A stretch of 64,000 nucleotides of DNA, taken from NCBI GenBank assembly GCA_963813155.1, contig CAWEYG010000004.1, positions 40,328 to 104,327 of the forward strand, written 5' to 3'. Source of the stretch: an uncultured Acidobacteriota bacterium. Its GTDB lineage: Bacteria; Acidobacteriota; Thermoanaerobaculia; UBA5066; DATFVB01. Under the pieces are notes generated by a model. The model saw nothing but the letters and a program-made list of their open reading frames with translations. It did not search any database and had not been told where the DNA came from. The translations under genes were made by a program, and so were the position numbers. Below, in pieces: positions 9,577 through 19,180 of this stretch. Position 1 is the first letter of the stretch. Each line of letters starts with the position of its first letter.

Positions 9577-11319
9577 TTCCAGAAACTATAGGCGTATCCG
9601 GGCGCCGCGTAGGCCGCGTCCGAAATCGCGGTCAGGTCGGCGTCCCGGTCGTGGTCCATTTCCTTGAGACTGCCGACGATGCGGTGCCGCGCTTCGCGCA
9701 CGAAGACCTTTGCGAGCCGGATCTCGTCGGCGGCCTTTTCCGCTCCCTTTTGCCGGATCTCGGCCGTCACCCGGGACAGCGTCGCGAAGCCGGCGAAGAG
9801 CTCGATCGCGGCGCTCGCGAGCCGTTCCTGGTGGTACTGCTTTTCGACGACCCGCTTGCCGTATTTTCGCAGGAGCGTCTCGACGGCGTTCGCGAGCGCG
9901 GCCGAATACCGCACGAGCATCTCTCCCTCCGCGGCGAGCTCGGGCGCGACGCCGGCGAGGTGGCCAGGCTTGACGACCCGCTTGATCCGCGTTCCGGCGA
10001 AGCTCGACAGGATTCCAAGGGAGCTGAGCGGCGCCTTGAGCGCTTCGCCGACGCCTTTCATGTACTCGCCGACGTCGCGCACGCCGGACAGGGCGATCAG
10101 CATCCGGAGAATCTCGTTCGTCCCCTCGAAGATCATGTTGATCCGCGAGTCGCGGAGGGCCTTCTCGTAGGGATATTCCTCCATGAAGCCGTTGCCGCCG
10201 GCGATCTGCAGCGCGTCGTTGATGTTCCTCCAGACGATTTCCGTCCCGAAGACCTTGCAGCAGGCGCCTTCGAGCGAATAGTCCTCGACGCCCGAATCGA
10301 TGAGCCCCGTGGTGAAGTACACCATCGATTCGAGCGCGTAGGTGTCGACGACCATCCGCGCGAACTTCGTTCGGATCATTTCGAAGTGTGCGATCGGCTT
10401 TTGAAACTGCTTTCGCTGAGTCGCGTGGAGCGCGGCCGCGCGGAGCATCGCCTTCGATCCGCCCACGCACCCGGCCGCAAGCGACGTCCGGCCGGTGTTG
10501 AGCACCTCGACGGCGATCTTGAACCCCTGTCCGCGGGCGCCCAGCACGTTGGCCTCCGGCACGCGAAGGTTCTCGAAGTGGATCTGGCACGTGGAGGAGC
10601 CCTTGAGGCCGAGCTTGTTTTCCTCCTTGCCGCGGGTCAGCCCGGCGAGGTCCGACGTCACGACGAATGCGGTGATCTTTCGGTGCGCCTCGGCCGCTTC
10701 GAGGTTCTCGTCGCGAGCGAAGACCGTGAAGAAGGAGGCAAAGCCGCCGTTCGAGATCCACTGCTTCGTTCCGTTGAGGACGAACTCCTTCTTCGCGGCG
10801 TCGTAGACCGCCGTGGTTTTCTGCGCCGCCGCGTCGGAGCCGGCTTCCGGCTCGGTGAGGGCGAACGCGGCGATGAGCTCGCCCGAGGCGAGCCGGGGAA
10901 GCCACTTCCGTTTCTGTTCCTCCGTGCCGAACAGCATGAGACCCTTGCATCCGATGGACTGGTGGGCTCCGACGACGATCGCGAGCGAGGCGTCCGCGAT
11001 GCCGACCTCCTCCATCACCCGGCAGTAGGCCGACGCCGAGAAGCCGTATCCGCCGTACTCTTCGGGAATCGACATTCCCATCAATCCAAGCTCGGAGATT
11101 CCGCGGATGACGTCGTCTCCGACCGTGTGCTCGCGTTCGATCCTCGCCGGATCGACGTTCGCCGCGGCGAACTGCCGGAACGAATCGATGAACGTCGAGA
11201 CCGTCTCGCGCTCCTCCGGGCGCGATCGCCGGGTAGGGGAACAGGACGTCCTCGTCGATTTCGCCGGCGAACAGCGACCTCAGGAACGTGCCGGAGCGGG
11301 TCGGCGTTTTTCGCGGCAT
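9573..11319 (-). CDS. acyl-CoA dehydrogenase (long form), frame broken once
   Basis: ORF 9573..11084 carries the ACAD core (TEPEAGSDAA.., QIAGGNGFMEEYP). The N-terminus MPRKTPTRSGTFLRSLFAGEIDEDVLFPYPAIAP is in another frame, starting at ATG 11319 preceded by AAGGAGG. An extra base lies in 11213-11220. Confidence 0.85.
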
Positions 11320-11330
11320 CCGGGCCTCCT

Positions 11331-13470
11331 TCAGGCGTCGGGGTGGAACTTTTTCTTGTCGTTCGCCATCCGAACGAGAAGCGGCGACGGCTCGAACCGG
11401 GGGCCGAGCCGCTCTTCGAGATCCTCGAGGCGGTTGACGACGCGGTCGATTCCGAGATCGTCGGCGTAGCGGAGCAGGCCCCCGCGAAACGGCGGAAACC
11501 CGGTTCCGAAGATCATCGCGAGGTCGAGCTTGGCCGCGGAGGGCACGATCCCGTCGTCGAGGCAGAACGCGGCTTCGTTGACCATCGGCATGAGCAGCCG
11601 GGCCTGGAGGACCTCCGGGGGGAGAGGCGACTCGCTCGGCGGCCGCAGATTCAGCAGGCCGTAGGCGGACCGGTCCGGGCCGGTGCGCGTGGAGCCTTTG
11701 TAGAGGTAGAAGCCGCGCCCGGTCTTTCGGCCGAGCCGCTTCGCGTTCGCGAGGCTCTCGAAGTTGTCGGCGACCGGAAGGCGTTTCGGAAACGCCTCGG
11801 CGAGGGTCTGCCCGGCCTTGATGGCGACGTCGATCCCGACGTCGTCGAGCAGCGCGAGCGGTCCCACCGGCATTCCGAAATCGACCATCGAGGAATCGAC
11901 GTCTTCGATCCGGCAGCCGTCCTGGAGGAGCCGCACCGATTCCGACAGGTACGGCGCGAGAATCCGGTTGACGAGAAACCCGGGGGCGTCTCGCACGACG
12001 ACCGGGGTCTTGCCGAGACGGCGGGCGAGGTCGAAGACCGTCGCGATGGCCTCGTCCGAAGAGCGCTCTCCGCGGATCACCTCGACGAGCGGCATCTTGT
12101 GCACGGGATTGAAAAAATGCATCCCCACGACGCGCGCCGGCTGGGCGGCCGCGCTCGCGATTCGCGCGATCGGAATCGTCGACGTGTTCGAAGCGAAGAT
12201 CGGATCGTCGCCGGCCGCGCGCTCCCATTCCCGAAGAACCGCCTGCTTGACCGCGAGCTTTTCGACGACCGCTTCGATCGTCACCTCCGCGGCGGCGAAT
12301 CCCGAGTAATCGAGGCCTCCCGAGAGAAGGTCCATCTTTGCCCGGAACTGCGACGGCGTGAGGCGCCGCCGCTTCATCCGATCTTTCCAGACGGCCGCCG
12401 CGGCCTGGAACCCGTGGGCGAGCGGCTCGGGCGCGATGTCTTTCATCCGGGCGGGAATGCCCTTGTCGGCGGCGAGCTGGGCGATTCCGCCTCCCATCAC
12501 GCCGGCTCCGAGAACCCCGACGCGCGTGACGGCGCGGGGCGAGAAGCCGGGATCGAGGGTTCCGGTCTCCTTCTTGATCTCCTCGGTCCAGAAAAAAATC
12601 CGCATGAGGTTCTTCTGGATCGGCGTGCCGATCAGATTGCCGAGATGAGCGTTTTCGATCGCGAGCGCCTCGCCGATCTTTCGCGGGTATCCCTCTTCGA
12701 CGGCGGCGAGGGCCTCGAGCGGCGCCGGGTAGTGGCCGTGCGTCCGCGCGAAGACCGCCTGGCGCGCTTTTCGAAACACGAGCGCGCGGCCGAGCGGGTT
12801 TCCCTCGAGAACGAAAAGGGCGGGCGACGGCCGGAGCCTCCGGCCCCGCGGCTTGCGGGTTCGAAACTTCGACCGCGCGAACTTCTCCGTCCATTCCCCG
12901 AAGATCGGCTCCGGGACGACAGCGTCGGCGAGCCCGATTTTCAGCGCGCGCTTACCGTCGAGCGCTTTGCCGGTCAGGATCATGTCGAGCGCCGCGGACA
13001 CGCCCACGAGGCGGGGAAGGCGCTGCGTTCCGCCCCATCCGGGGAGGATGCCCAGGTTGACTTCCGGCAGGCCGATCACCGCTTTCGGGGAGTCCGACAC
13101 GACGCGGTAGTCGCACGCGAGCGCGAGCTCGGTGCCGCCGCCGAGGCACGCGCCGGCGATCGCGGCGACGGTCGGAAAGGGGAGGCGGGACCATCGGTCG
13201 AAGATCTGCTGGCCGATCGGCGGACTTCATCCTGCCTTCCTCGGGCGAACCGATGTTCTCGATCTCGCGAACGTCGGCGCCGGCGATGAAGATGTCCTTC
13301 TTCGCGGAGAGAAAAAGCAACGCCGCGATTCCGTTCGCGGCGGAGAGCCTGTCGGTCAGGCTGCTCAGCTCTTCCATCACGGACGTGGAGAACTTGTTGA
13401 CCTTCTCGTCGAGATCGAAAGTGACGACGGCCAGGGAATCGATGAGGGCCAGGCGGAAGGCGTTGCCCAT
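11331..13470 (-). CDS. bifunctional enoyl-CoA hydratase / 3-hydroxyacyl-CoA dehydrogenase (FadB/FadJ-like), frame broken once
   Basis: ORF 11331..13100 has the HADH Rossmann motif [14 protein letters not shown]. The crotonase N-terminus ([19 protein letters not shown]...) starts at ATG 13470 in another frame. The switch is near 13212-13225. Confidence 0.85.
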
Positions 13471-13490
13471 CGTCCGGCAGTATATCCGCA

Positions 13491-13521
13491 CGCAAAAGAA
13501 CGCCCCGGCGAAACCGGGGCG
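13491..13521 (-). terminator. intrinsic terminator after the FecR-like gene
   Basis: An 8-bp GC stem pairs CGCCCCGG (13501-13508) with CCGGGGCG (13514-13521). On the minus strand it is followed by TTCTTTTGCG. Confidence 0.6.
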
Positions 13522-13546
13522 AAGGAGATCTCGAAGGTCGCGCCGG

Positions 13547-15517
13547 TCAGCGGTGCGGCCGGTCGTCTCGGCTTGGCGGAGCGGAACGCTGCTGGGCTCT
13601 CGGCGGCGGCGCTGCGGAACGCGGAGCCGGACTTTCATGCCGCGGGGCCGCCTCGGAGCGTGGACGGGGCGGAGGCTCGAAGTTTCGCGGCGAACCCTCG
13701 ATCCTCCGCGGAGACTCGTAGCGCTGAGGCGGAGGCCCTTCGAATCGTCGCGGCGAGCCGTCGTACCGCTGCGGGATTTCCCGCGGGTTCGGTTCGACGC
13801 GCCTTCCGCGGTCGATCCCCTCGATCACTCGCTGGGCCGGAGGGGCGCTGGAGCGCCCCCTCCAGCTCTCGGTGGAAAACGTCTCGGCCCGGGAACGGGA
13901 ATCCGGTCGGGGCGACCCGGGCTCGAAGCTGCCCGGTCCCGCGGGAGCGATGCGCGAGGAGGGACGTTCTCGCCAGTCGGACCGCGCCGCGAGATTCCGC
14001 GGCGCCGAAGGAACTGCCCGGGTTCTCGGATCGAGCGCGCGATCGTCTCCCTGCAGCGTTCTCCAGGCCTCCTGCCGGGGGCCCGGGATCGAGCGCGGCG
14101 AATCGGATCGCGGGCTGCCGACGCGCGCGGAGCTCTCCTGCGCGAGCGCCTGGATCGTCGCGGGCGGCAACGTTCGTTCCCTCGCGAGGAAGGGCGTGAG
14201 CGCGGCCGACTGAGTCGACGTGGTTTGCCGCGAGATCGCCTGGGGCGCCGAGCGAGCGAAGGACTTGAGCAACGCGGGCGCCATCCCGGCCCTTCCGGAA
14301 ATCGGCACGACGGCGGGTTGCGAAGTGACCGCGAGACTCGTGCCGAGCCGTCCGGCGATCGACCGCCCGGAAAGAATGGACCGCCGGTCGAACGGCTGGC
14401 CGAATTTGTCGACGCCGAGGAAACGCCATCCCCGGCCGATGTCGATGCGGGCGGTGTCGAAGACCCCGTTGATCGGGACGTTCCGGCCCCACCGTCTGCC
14501 GTTAGAGCCCCCGTAGTAGCCGGCCGGGCACCATCCCACGTAAGAGCCGGTATAGCCCCAGTAGACCCACGCGGGAGAGAACAGATACGCCGGGGACCAG
14601 CACCACGAGTTGAAGGCCGCGTCGAAGAACCAGTTTCCGTAGTGATGGGGAAACCATCCCCACGGCTCGTACGAAACCCAGGAAGCGCCGACCGGCGTGT
14701 AGTACCAGTATCCCGAGCTGTAGGGCGACCAGTCCGCCGAGACGGTGGGCCGCCACACTTCCTGCTGGTAGGTGGGGGAATAGTCCCACTGGCCGTAGTC
14801 GTCGAGGACCGCCACGTCTTCGTCGTAGTCGCTGCCTTCCACGTATTTGGCCGACGCGGAGTTGTACGCCGCGAGCGTCGAATCGGTCCGGTCCGCGACC
14901 CACACGTCGAAGCGATCCCGCGAGAAGGATCCGCGCTCGACTTCCGGCTGCTCGCCGCCGCGGATCAGGAGATAGCTGCCCTGATCCACCGTCGTCGAGC
15001 CAGCCCGCGTTCGGATTTCCGCGGAACCGCGCCGGACGACGACCGAGGTGCCCCGGGCGGCCTCGATGTTGATCCGGGCCTGCGACTGCGCGGGGAGATA
15101 GACCGATGCGTCGGGTGTGTCGATTCGAAGCGCCGAGTCGCCCCCCGTGAGGGATTCTGCGGCCACGGAGCCTTCCAGGACGTTGAGCGACGATTCCGAC
15201 GCCGAGGATCCCTCCTGGCTCGCAACGGCGTCGAGGCGAACGCGCGACTCGCCGGCGACCTGGAAGCGGTTGCCGTCGGCGAGCTCGATTTCGGCCCGGC
15301 CGCCGGCGTTGGTGACCACCTGGTCGCCTTCGGCGAGCGGAAGATTCACTCTGGCGTCGACTTCTCCGTTCGCCTCCGAAGTCACGGAAGCGGACCCCTC
15401 GACGGCGGTCAGATGGGAATAGCCGTTTCGCTGGGCGCGCGCGGGCAGCGCGAAGAGCCCGAGCGCAACAAGAATGACGAGGACGAATGCCGGGCGCTGA
15501 AAGAATTTGCTGCTCAT
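13547..15517 (-). CDS. secreted FecR-domain / DUF6600-like protein with a Pro/Arg-rich tail
   Basis: It has the signal peptide MSSKFFQRPAFVLVILVALGLFALPARAQ, a FecR-like beta region, a Trp/Tyr-rich segment (GYWYYTPVGASWVSYEPWGWFPHHYGNW) and a low-complexity C-terminus. Confidence 0.7.
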   Translation of the reverse strand: MSSKFFQRPAFVLVILVALGLFALPARAQRNGYSHLTAVEGSASVTSEANGEVDARVNLPLAEGDQVVTNAGGRAEIELADGNRFQVAGESRVRLDAVASQEGSSASESSLNVLEGSVAAESLTGGDSALRIDTPDASVYLPAQSQARINIEAARGTSVVVRRGSAEIRTRAGSTTVDQGSYLLIRGGEQPEVERGSFSRDRFDVWVADRTDSTLAAYNSASAKYVEGSDYDEDVAVLDDYGQWDYSPTYQQEVWRPTVSADWSPYSSGYWYYTPVGASWVSYEPWGWFPHHYGNWFFDAAFNSWCWSPAYLFSPAWVYWGYTGSYVGWCPAGYYGGSNGRRWGRNVPINGVFDTARIDIGRGWRFLGVDKFGQPFDRRSILSGRSIAGRLGTSLAVTSQPAVVPISGRAGMAPALLKSFARSAPQAISRQTTSTQSAALTPFLARERTLPPATIQALAQESSARVGSPRSDSPRSIPGPRQEAWRTLQGDDRALDPRTRAVPSAPRNLAARSDWRERPSSRIAPAGPGSFEPGSPRPDSRSRAETFSTESWRGRSSAPPAQRVIEGIDRGRRVEPNPREIPQRYDGSPRRFEGPPPQRYESPRRIEGSPRNFEPPPRPRSEAAPRHESPAPRSAAPPPRAQQRSAPPSRDDRPHR

Positions 15518-15679
15518 CTCTCTCTCCCCGGACGCCGGAGCGTCCATGGTATCGATGGAGCGAGATCAATGCCAGAGTTTATCGTTTGTTTTCTGATGAT
15601 TAGACAGCGCCCTCGTCCTGTATTCGTGACAGCCGCGGATCGGGGAGGACACGGACGGCGGCCTGCTAAGATCCGGGGA

Positions 15680-16387
15680 ATGGCCGAACAAGAAGGTCCG
15701 GGGAGGGCGGCGCTCGAGCGCTCCGCCGAAGAAGCGAGACTCGCGGGCCGCGAGAAGGAGGCCCTCTCCCTTTTCGAGGACCTCGTTCGGGCAGACCTGC
15801 GGGCCGGGCAAATCGCGCGGGCCGTGTCGGTCTATCAAAAAATCGTGCTGTGGAAGCCGGAGCTCCGGGACCTGCATCGCCGCCTTGCGCAGCAGATCGG
15901 AGACGCGCGGGAATCCACGCTACCCGGAAGGCCTTCTGCGGCCGCGCCCGGTTCCGCGCTTCCGGAGAGCCCCCTTTTCCAGGGAATTCCGGCCGAGCAG
16001 CTGCCCGATGTGCTTCAGAGCATGCAGCCGAGGAAATTCGCCGCCGGCGACGAGGTCGTCCGCGAGGGCGATCCGGGCGACTCCCTCTTTCTGATCACGG
16101 AGGGAAGCGCGTCGGTGCACACCCGGGACGAAGAAGGGCGGGAGGTCCCGCTCGCCACGCTCGGCATCGGGGATTTCTTCGGGGAGGTCTCGCTGCTCAC
16201 GTCCCGGCCCCGGACGGCCACCGTGCGCGCGGACTCCGCCGTCGGCGTCCTCGAGCTCGACCGGGAGCGCCTCGCGCTGCTGCGCGCCCGATTCCCCGGC
16301 GTGGACCAGGCCCTTTCCGACTTTCACCGCCTGCGCGCGCAGAGGACGATCGAGTCGATCCTGGCCCGGCGCCGCCGGCCGTCGTGA
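15680..16387 (+). CDS. cyclic nucleotide-binding domain protein
   Basis: This is the C-terminal part of ORF 13253..16387, starting from ATG 15680. It carries the cNMP-binding signature GDFFGEVSLLTSRPRTATVRA. Confidence 0.8.
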   Translation: MAEQEGPGRAALERSAEEARLAGREKEALSLFEDLVRADLRAGQIARAVSVYQKIVLWKPELRDLHRRLAQQIGDARESTLPGRPSAAAPGSALPESPLFQGIPAEQLPDVLQSMQPRKFAAGDEVVREGDPGDSLFLITEGSASVHTRDEEGREVPLATLGIGDFFGEVSLLTSRPRTATVRADSAVGVLELDRERLALLRARFPGVDQALSDFHRLRAQRTIESILARRRRPS

Positions 16388-16400
16388 AGCTGCCGCGGCC

Positions 16401-16901
16401 GTGATTCGCGAGATCGTCAAGTACGGGGACCCTCGCCTGCACGGGAGGAACGAAGAGGTCGTGGATTTCGGCGCCGACCTCCGGGAGCTCGTCCGCGATC
16501 TCGTCGAGACCTGCCATGCCGCGCCCGGCCTCGGTCTGGCGGCGCCGCAGATCGGCGTCAACCTTCGTGTCGCGATCGTCGATCTGTCGATCGGAGCGGA
16601 GCCCTCCAGCGTGGTCGTTCTCGTCAACCCGGTGCTGCTCTCGTCCGAAGGAGAAATTCGAGAGGACGAAGGATGCCTGTCGATCCCGGGCCTCTCCGAA
16701 CCGTTGACGCGCCCGGCGAAGGTGGTCGTCGAGGCCGCGGACGCGGGCGGGACGCGAAGAAGGGTTGAGGGGGAGTCGCTGTTCGCGCGGGCGCTGCTCC
16801 ACGAAACCGATCATCTGGATTCCCGCCTTTTCGTCGACCGGCTCCGCGGGCTGAAGGGGGAGCTCGTCCGGCGCAAGATCGCGCGCAAATTCAGGCGATG
16901 A
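16401..16901 (+). CDS. def: peptide deformylase
   Basis: The three PDF motifs are present: GLGLAAPQIG, EGCLSIPG and HETDHL. Confidence 0.95.
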   Translation: MIREIVKYGDPRLHGRNEEVVDFGADLRELVRDLVETCHAAPGLGLAAPQIGVNLRVAIVDLSIGAEPSSVVVLVNPVLLSSEGEIREDEGCLSIPGLSEPLTRPAKVVVEAADAGGTRRRVEGESLFARALLHETDHLDSRLFVDRLRGLKGELVRRKIARKFRR

Positions 16902-17643
16902 CGAGGCGGCTCGGGCCTTCCGCGGGCTCGGCCCGCCGGATCCCGGCGAGGAGCAGCTCGCTCAATTCGACGAGCCGCGAGGATTCGTCCGCGTCGCAGG
17001 GCGCCTCCCGGTGGAGCCGGAAGATGGAGTCGCCGGCCCGGGGGATCTCGACCGCGACCGGCGCGGCGAGGTTGCCCCAGGAATAGATCGGCCGGCCGTG
17101 GGCGGAGATCGAAACGCCGTCCGCCTCGTAGGCTTCCGCGATGTCGGCCATCAGCTCGGCGATTCGCGGCGCGAGCGAGCCGAGGTCTTCCTGCTGGGAG
17201 AGCGACCGCGAGATGCGGAGGCATCGCTCGTAGAATCGGCCGCGGATCCGCAGCTCTTCGAGGAGCGACCGCGTCCGAAGCGCGTTGCGGAGACGGGCGC
17301 GAAGCTCGCGCGGCCGGAAGGGCCGCACGAGAAAGTCGAACGCGAGCGACGCGAACCCCTCCAGCACGTCCTCGGCTCGGTGCCGCGCCGTCACGAACAG
17401 GATCGGGATCTCGGACATCGCCGGGTCTGCCTTGAGAGAGCCGCAAAGCTCGTAACCGGAATTGTCGGGCATGAGGATGTCGAGGACGATCGCGTCGAAC
17501 TGCCGCTCCGCGGCGAGCCGCCGGCCCTCGGCGCCGGACCCGCACCAAACGAGCTCCGCGGAGAGCCCCTCGACGATGGAAGAGACGAGTTCCTGTTCCG
17601 AGTTGTCGTGATCCACGACGAGGATGCGGCGCCGGGACTTCAT
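16891..17643 (-). CDS. response regulator (REC domain plus an uncharacterised C-terminal domain)
   Basis: From ATG 17643 it reads MKSRRRILVVDHD...DAIVLDILMPDNSGYEL...ILFVTA. The 3' end overlaps def by 11 nt in a convergent arrangement. Confidence 0.8.
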   Translation of the reverse strand: MKSRRRILVVDHDNSEQELVSSIVEGLSAELVWCGSGAEGRRLAAERQFDAIVLDILMPDNSGYELCGSLKADPAMSEIPILFVTARHRAEDVLEGFASLAFDFLVRPFRPRELRARLRNALRTRSLLEELRIRGRFYERCLRISRSLSQQEDLGSLAPRIAELMADIAEAYEADGVSISAHGRPIYSWGNLAAPVAVEIPRAGDSIFRLHREAPCDADESSRLVELSELLLAGIRRAEPAEGPSRLVIA

Positions 17644-17679
17644 TGAATTCAGAATAGCACAGGGTAAACTTCCGGGGAG

Positions 17680-19086
17680 ATGCCGACACTCGAAGTTTTC
17701 AACACGTTCGGGCGAAAGCTCCAGCCGCTCGTTCCGATCGAGCCGGGTCACGTTCGGATGTATACGTGCGGGCCGACGATCTACAACGACGTGCACATCG
17801 GGAACCTCCGGACCTTCCTCTGGGAGGACGTCCTGCGAAGGACGCTCAGGCGATTCGGGTACCGAGTGACGCAGGTGATGAACCTCACCGACGTCGACGA
17901 CAAGACCATTCGAGGAGCGTCGGAAGCGCGGATGGATCTGCGCGCTTTCACCGAGAAGCACGCCGAGTCCTTCTTCCGGGATCTCGAGACGCTCGGCGTC
18001 GAGCGGGCGGAATTCTACCCGCGAGCGACGGATCACATCCCGGAGATGATCGCGATAGCGGAGAAGCTTCGGGACCGCGGCCACACGTACGAGAGCGACG
18101 GCTCGCTGTGGTTCAAGATCTCGACGTTCGCGCCCTACGGCCGCCTCTCGGGGATCGACCTTTCGCAGGCGAGGCAGGGGTCCCGCGTCGCGGACGACGA
18201 ATACGAGAAGGACGACCCGAAGGATTTCGCGCTCTGGAAGGCCGCGAAGGAAGGGGAGCCGGCGTGGGACTCGCCGTTCGGCCGAGGCCGGCCCGGATGG
18301 CATCTCGAATGTTCCGCGATGTCAATGAAGTATCTCGGCCCGCAATTCGACATTCATACCGGCGCCGTCGACAACATCTTTCCGCACCACGAGAACGAGA
18401 TCGCCCAGAGCGAGGGAGCGACGGGCGAGCGCTTCGTCAACTTCTGGCTGCACGCCGAGCACCTGATCGTGGACGGCGAGAAAATGTCCAAATCGAAGGG
18501 GAACTTCTATCTCCTCCGCGACGTTCTCGCGAAGCGAAACGACCCCTCCGCCCTGCGCTACATGTTCCTCTCCGTTCCCTACCGAAAGAAACTCAACTTC
18601 ACGTTCGAGGCGCTCGCGGGAGCCGGGACGGCCGTCGAGAGGATTCGCGCGCTGGATCGGCGGCTCGGCGATCTCGAACACGCGGCGGGCCGCGCCGCGG
18701 CAGCGCCGTTCGACGCCGAGTCCCGGGCCGCGAAGTTCGAAAGCGACTTCGACGAGGGGTTGGCCGACGATCTCAACACGGCGCGGGCGCTCGCCTCGCT
18801 GTTCGACTTTCTTCGGGACGTCAATCTCGCGGCCGACGGGAATGCGCTCGACGCCGCAGGCGCGGCGATGTGCCGGGCCGCGCTGCGGCGTTCGGACTCG
18901 GTGCTTGGAATTCTTCCGGCGGGAGACGATTTGCTGCCGGCCGAGATCGAGCGCCTTCTCGCGGAACGGTTGGAGGCCCGGAGAAAGCGCGATTTCGCCC
19001 GCTCCGACGCGATCCGGGACGAGCTCGTCGGCAACGGCATCCTCCTCGAGGACACTCCGCAGGGGACGCGCTGGAAGAAGGCGTGA
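17680..19086 (+). CDS. cysS: cysteine--tRNA ligase
   Basis: It has the HIGH-type motif (DVHIGNLRTF) and KMSKS, and is an intact 468 aa. Confidence 0.95.
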   Translation: MPTLEVFNTFGRKLQPLVPIEPGHVRMYTCGPTIYNDVHIGNLRTFLWEDVLRRTLRRFGYRVTQVMNLTDVDDKTIRGASEARMDLRAFTEKHAESFFRDLETLGVERAEFYPRATDHIPEMIAIAEKLRDRGHTYESDGSLWFKISTFAPYGRLSGIDLSQARQGSRVADDEYEKDDPKDFALWKAAKEGEPAWDSPFGRGRPGWHLECSAMSMKYLGPQFDIHTGAVDNIFPHHENEIAQSEGATGERFVNFWLHAEHLIVDGEKMSKSKGNFYLLRDVLAKRNDPSALRYMFLSVPYRKKLNFTFEALAGAGTAVERIRALDRRLGDLEHAAGRAAAAPFDAESRAAKFESDFDEGLADDLNTARALASLFDFLRDVNLAADGNALDAAGAAMCRAALRRSDSVLGILPAGDDLLPAEIERLLAERLEARRKRDFARSDAIRDELVGNGILLEDTPQGTRWKKA

Positions 19087-19091
19087 GGCTG

Positions 19092-19177
19092 GCTGTCATT
19101 GCGAGGAGCATCGCGACGAAGCAATCTGACCTTCGGATCAGATCGCCACGCCCGCTTCGCGGGCTCGCGATGACAGC
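19092..19177. repeat. 86-bp composite palindromic (REP/MITE-like) element
   Basis: The outer arms are GCTGTCATTGCGAG (19092-19105) and CTCGCGATGACAGC (19164-19177), with 1 mismatch. The inner hairpins are ATCTGA/TCAGAT (19124-19143) and GCCCGC-TTC-GCGGGC (19150-19164). Confidence 0.7.
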
Positions 19178-19180
19178 GCC

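Noticed and set aside
9528-13289. Very long ORFs lie antisense to, or out of frame with, recognised genes. Examples: 9528..13289 (+, 1253 aa), 9586..12894 (-, 1102 aa), 1309..3381 (+), 32554..34830 (-), 43784..45904 (-), 47355..50684 (+), 55177..57942 (-) and 60831..62099 (-).
   Set aside because: Their translations are Arg/Pro/Gly/Ala-rich low-complexity sequence with no motifs. They overlap genes that do carry clear family signatures. Such stop-free frames are expected by chance at this GC content. Only short terminal parts of some of them (for example 15680..16387, 49743.., 55177..55587) are real genes.
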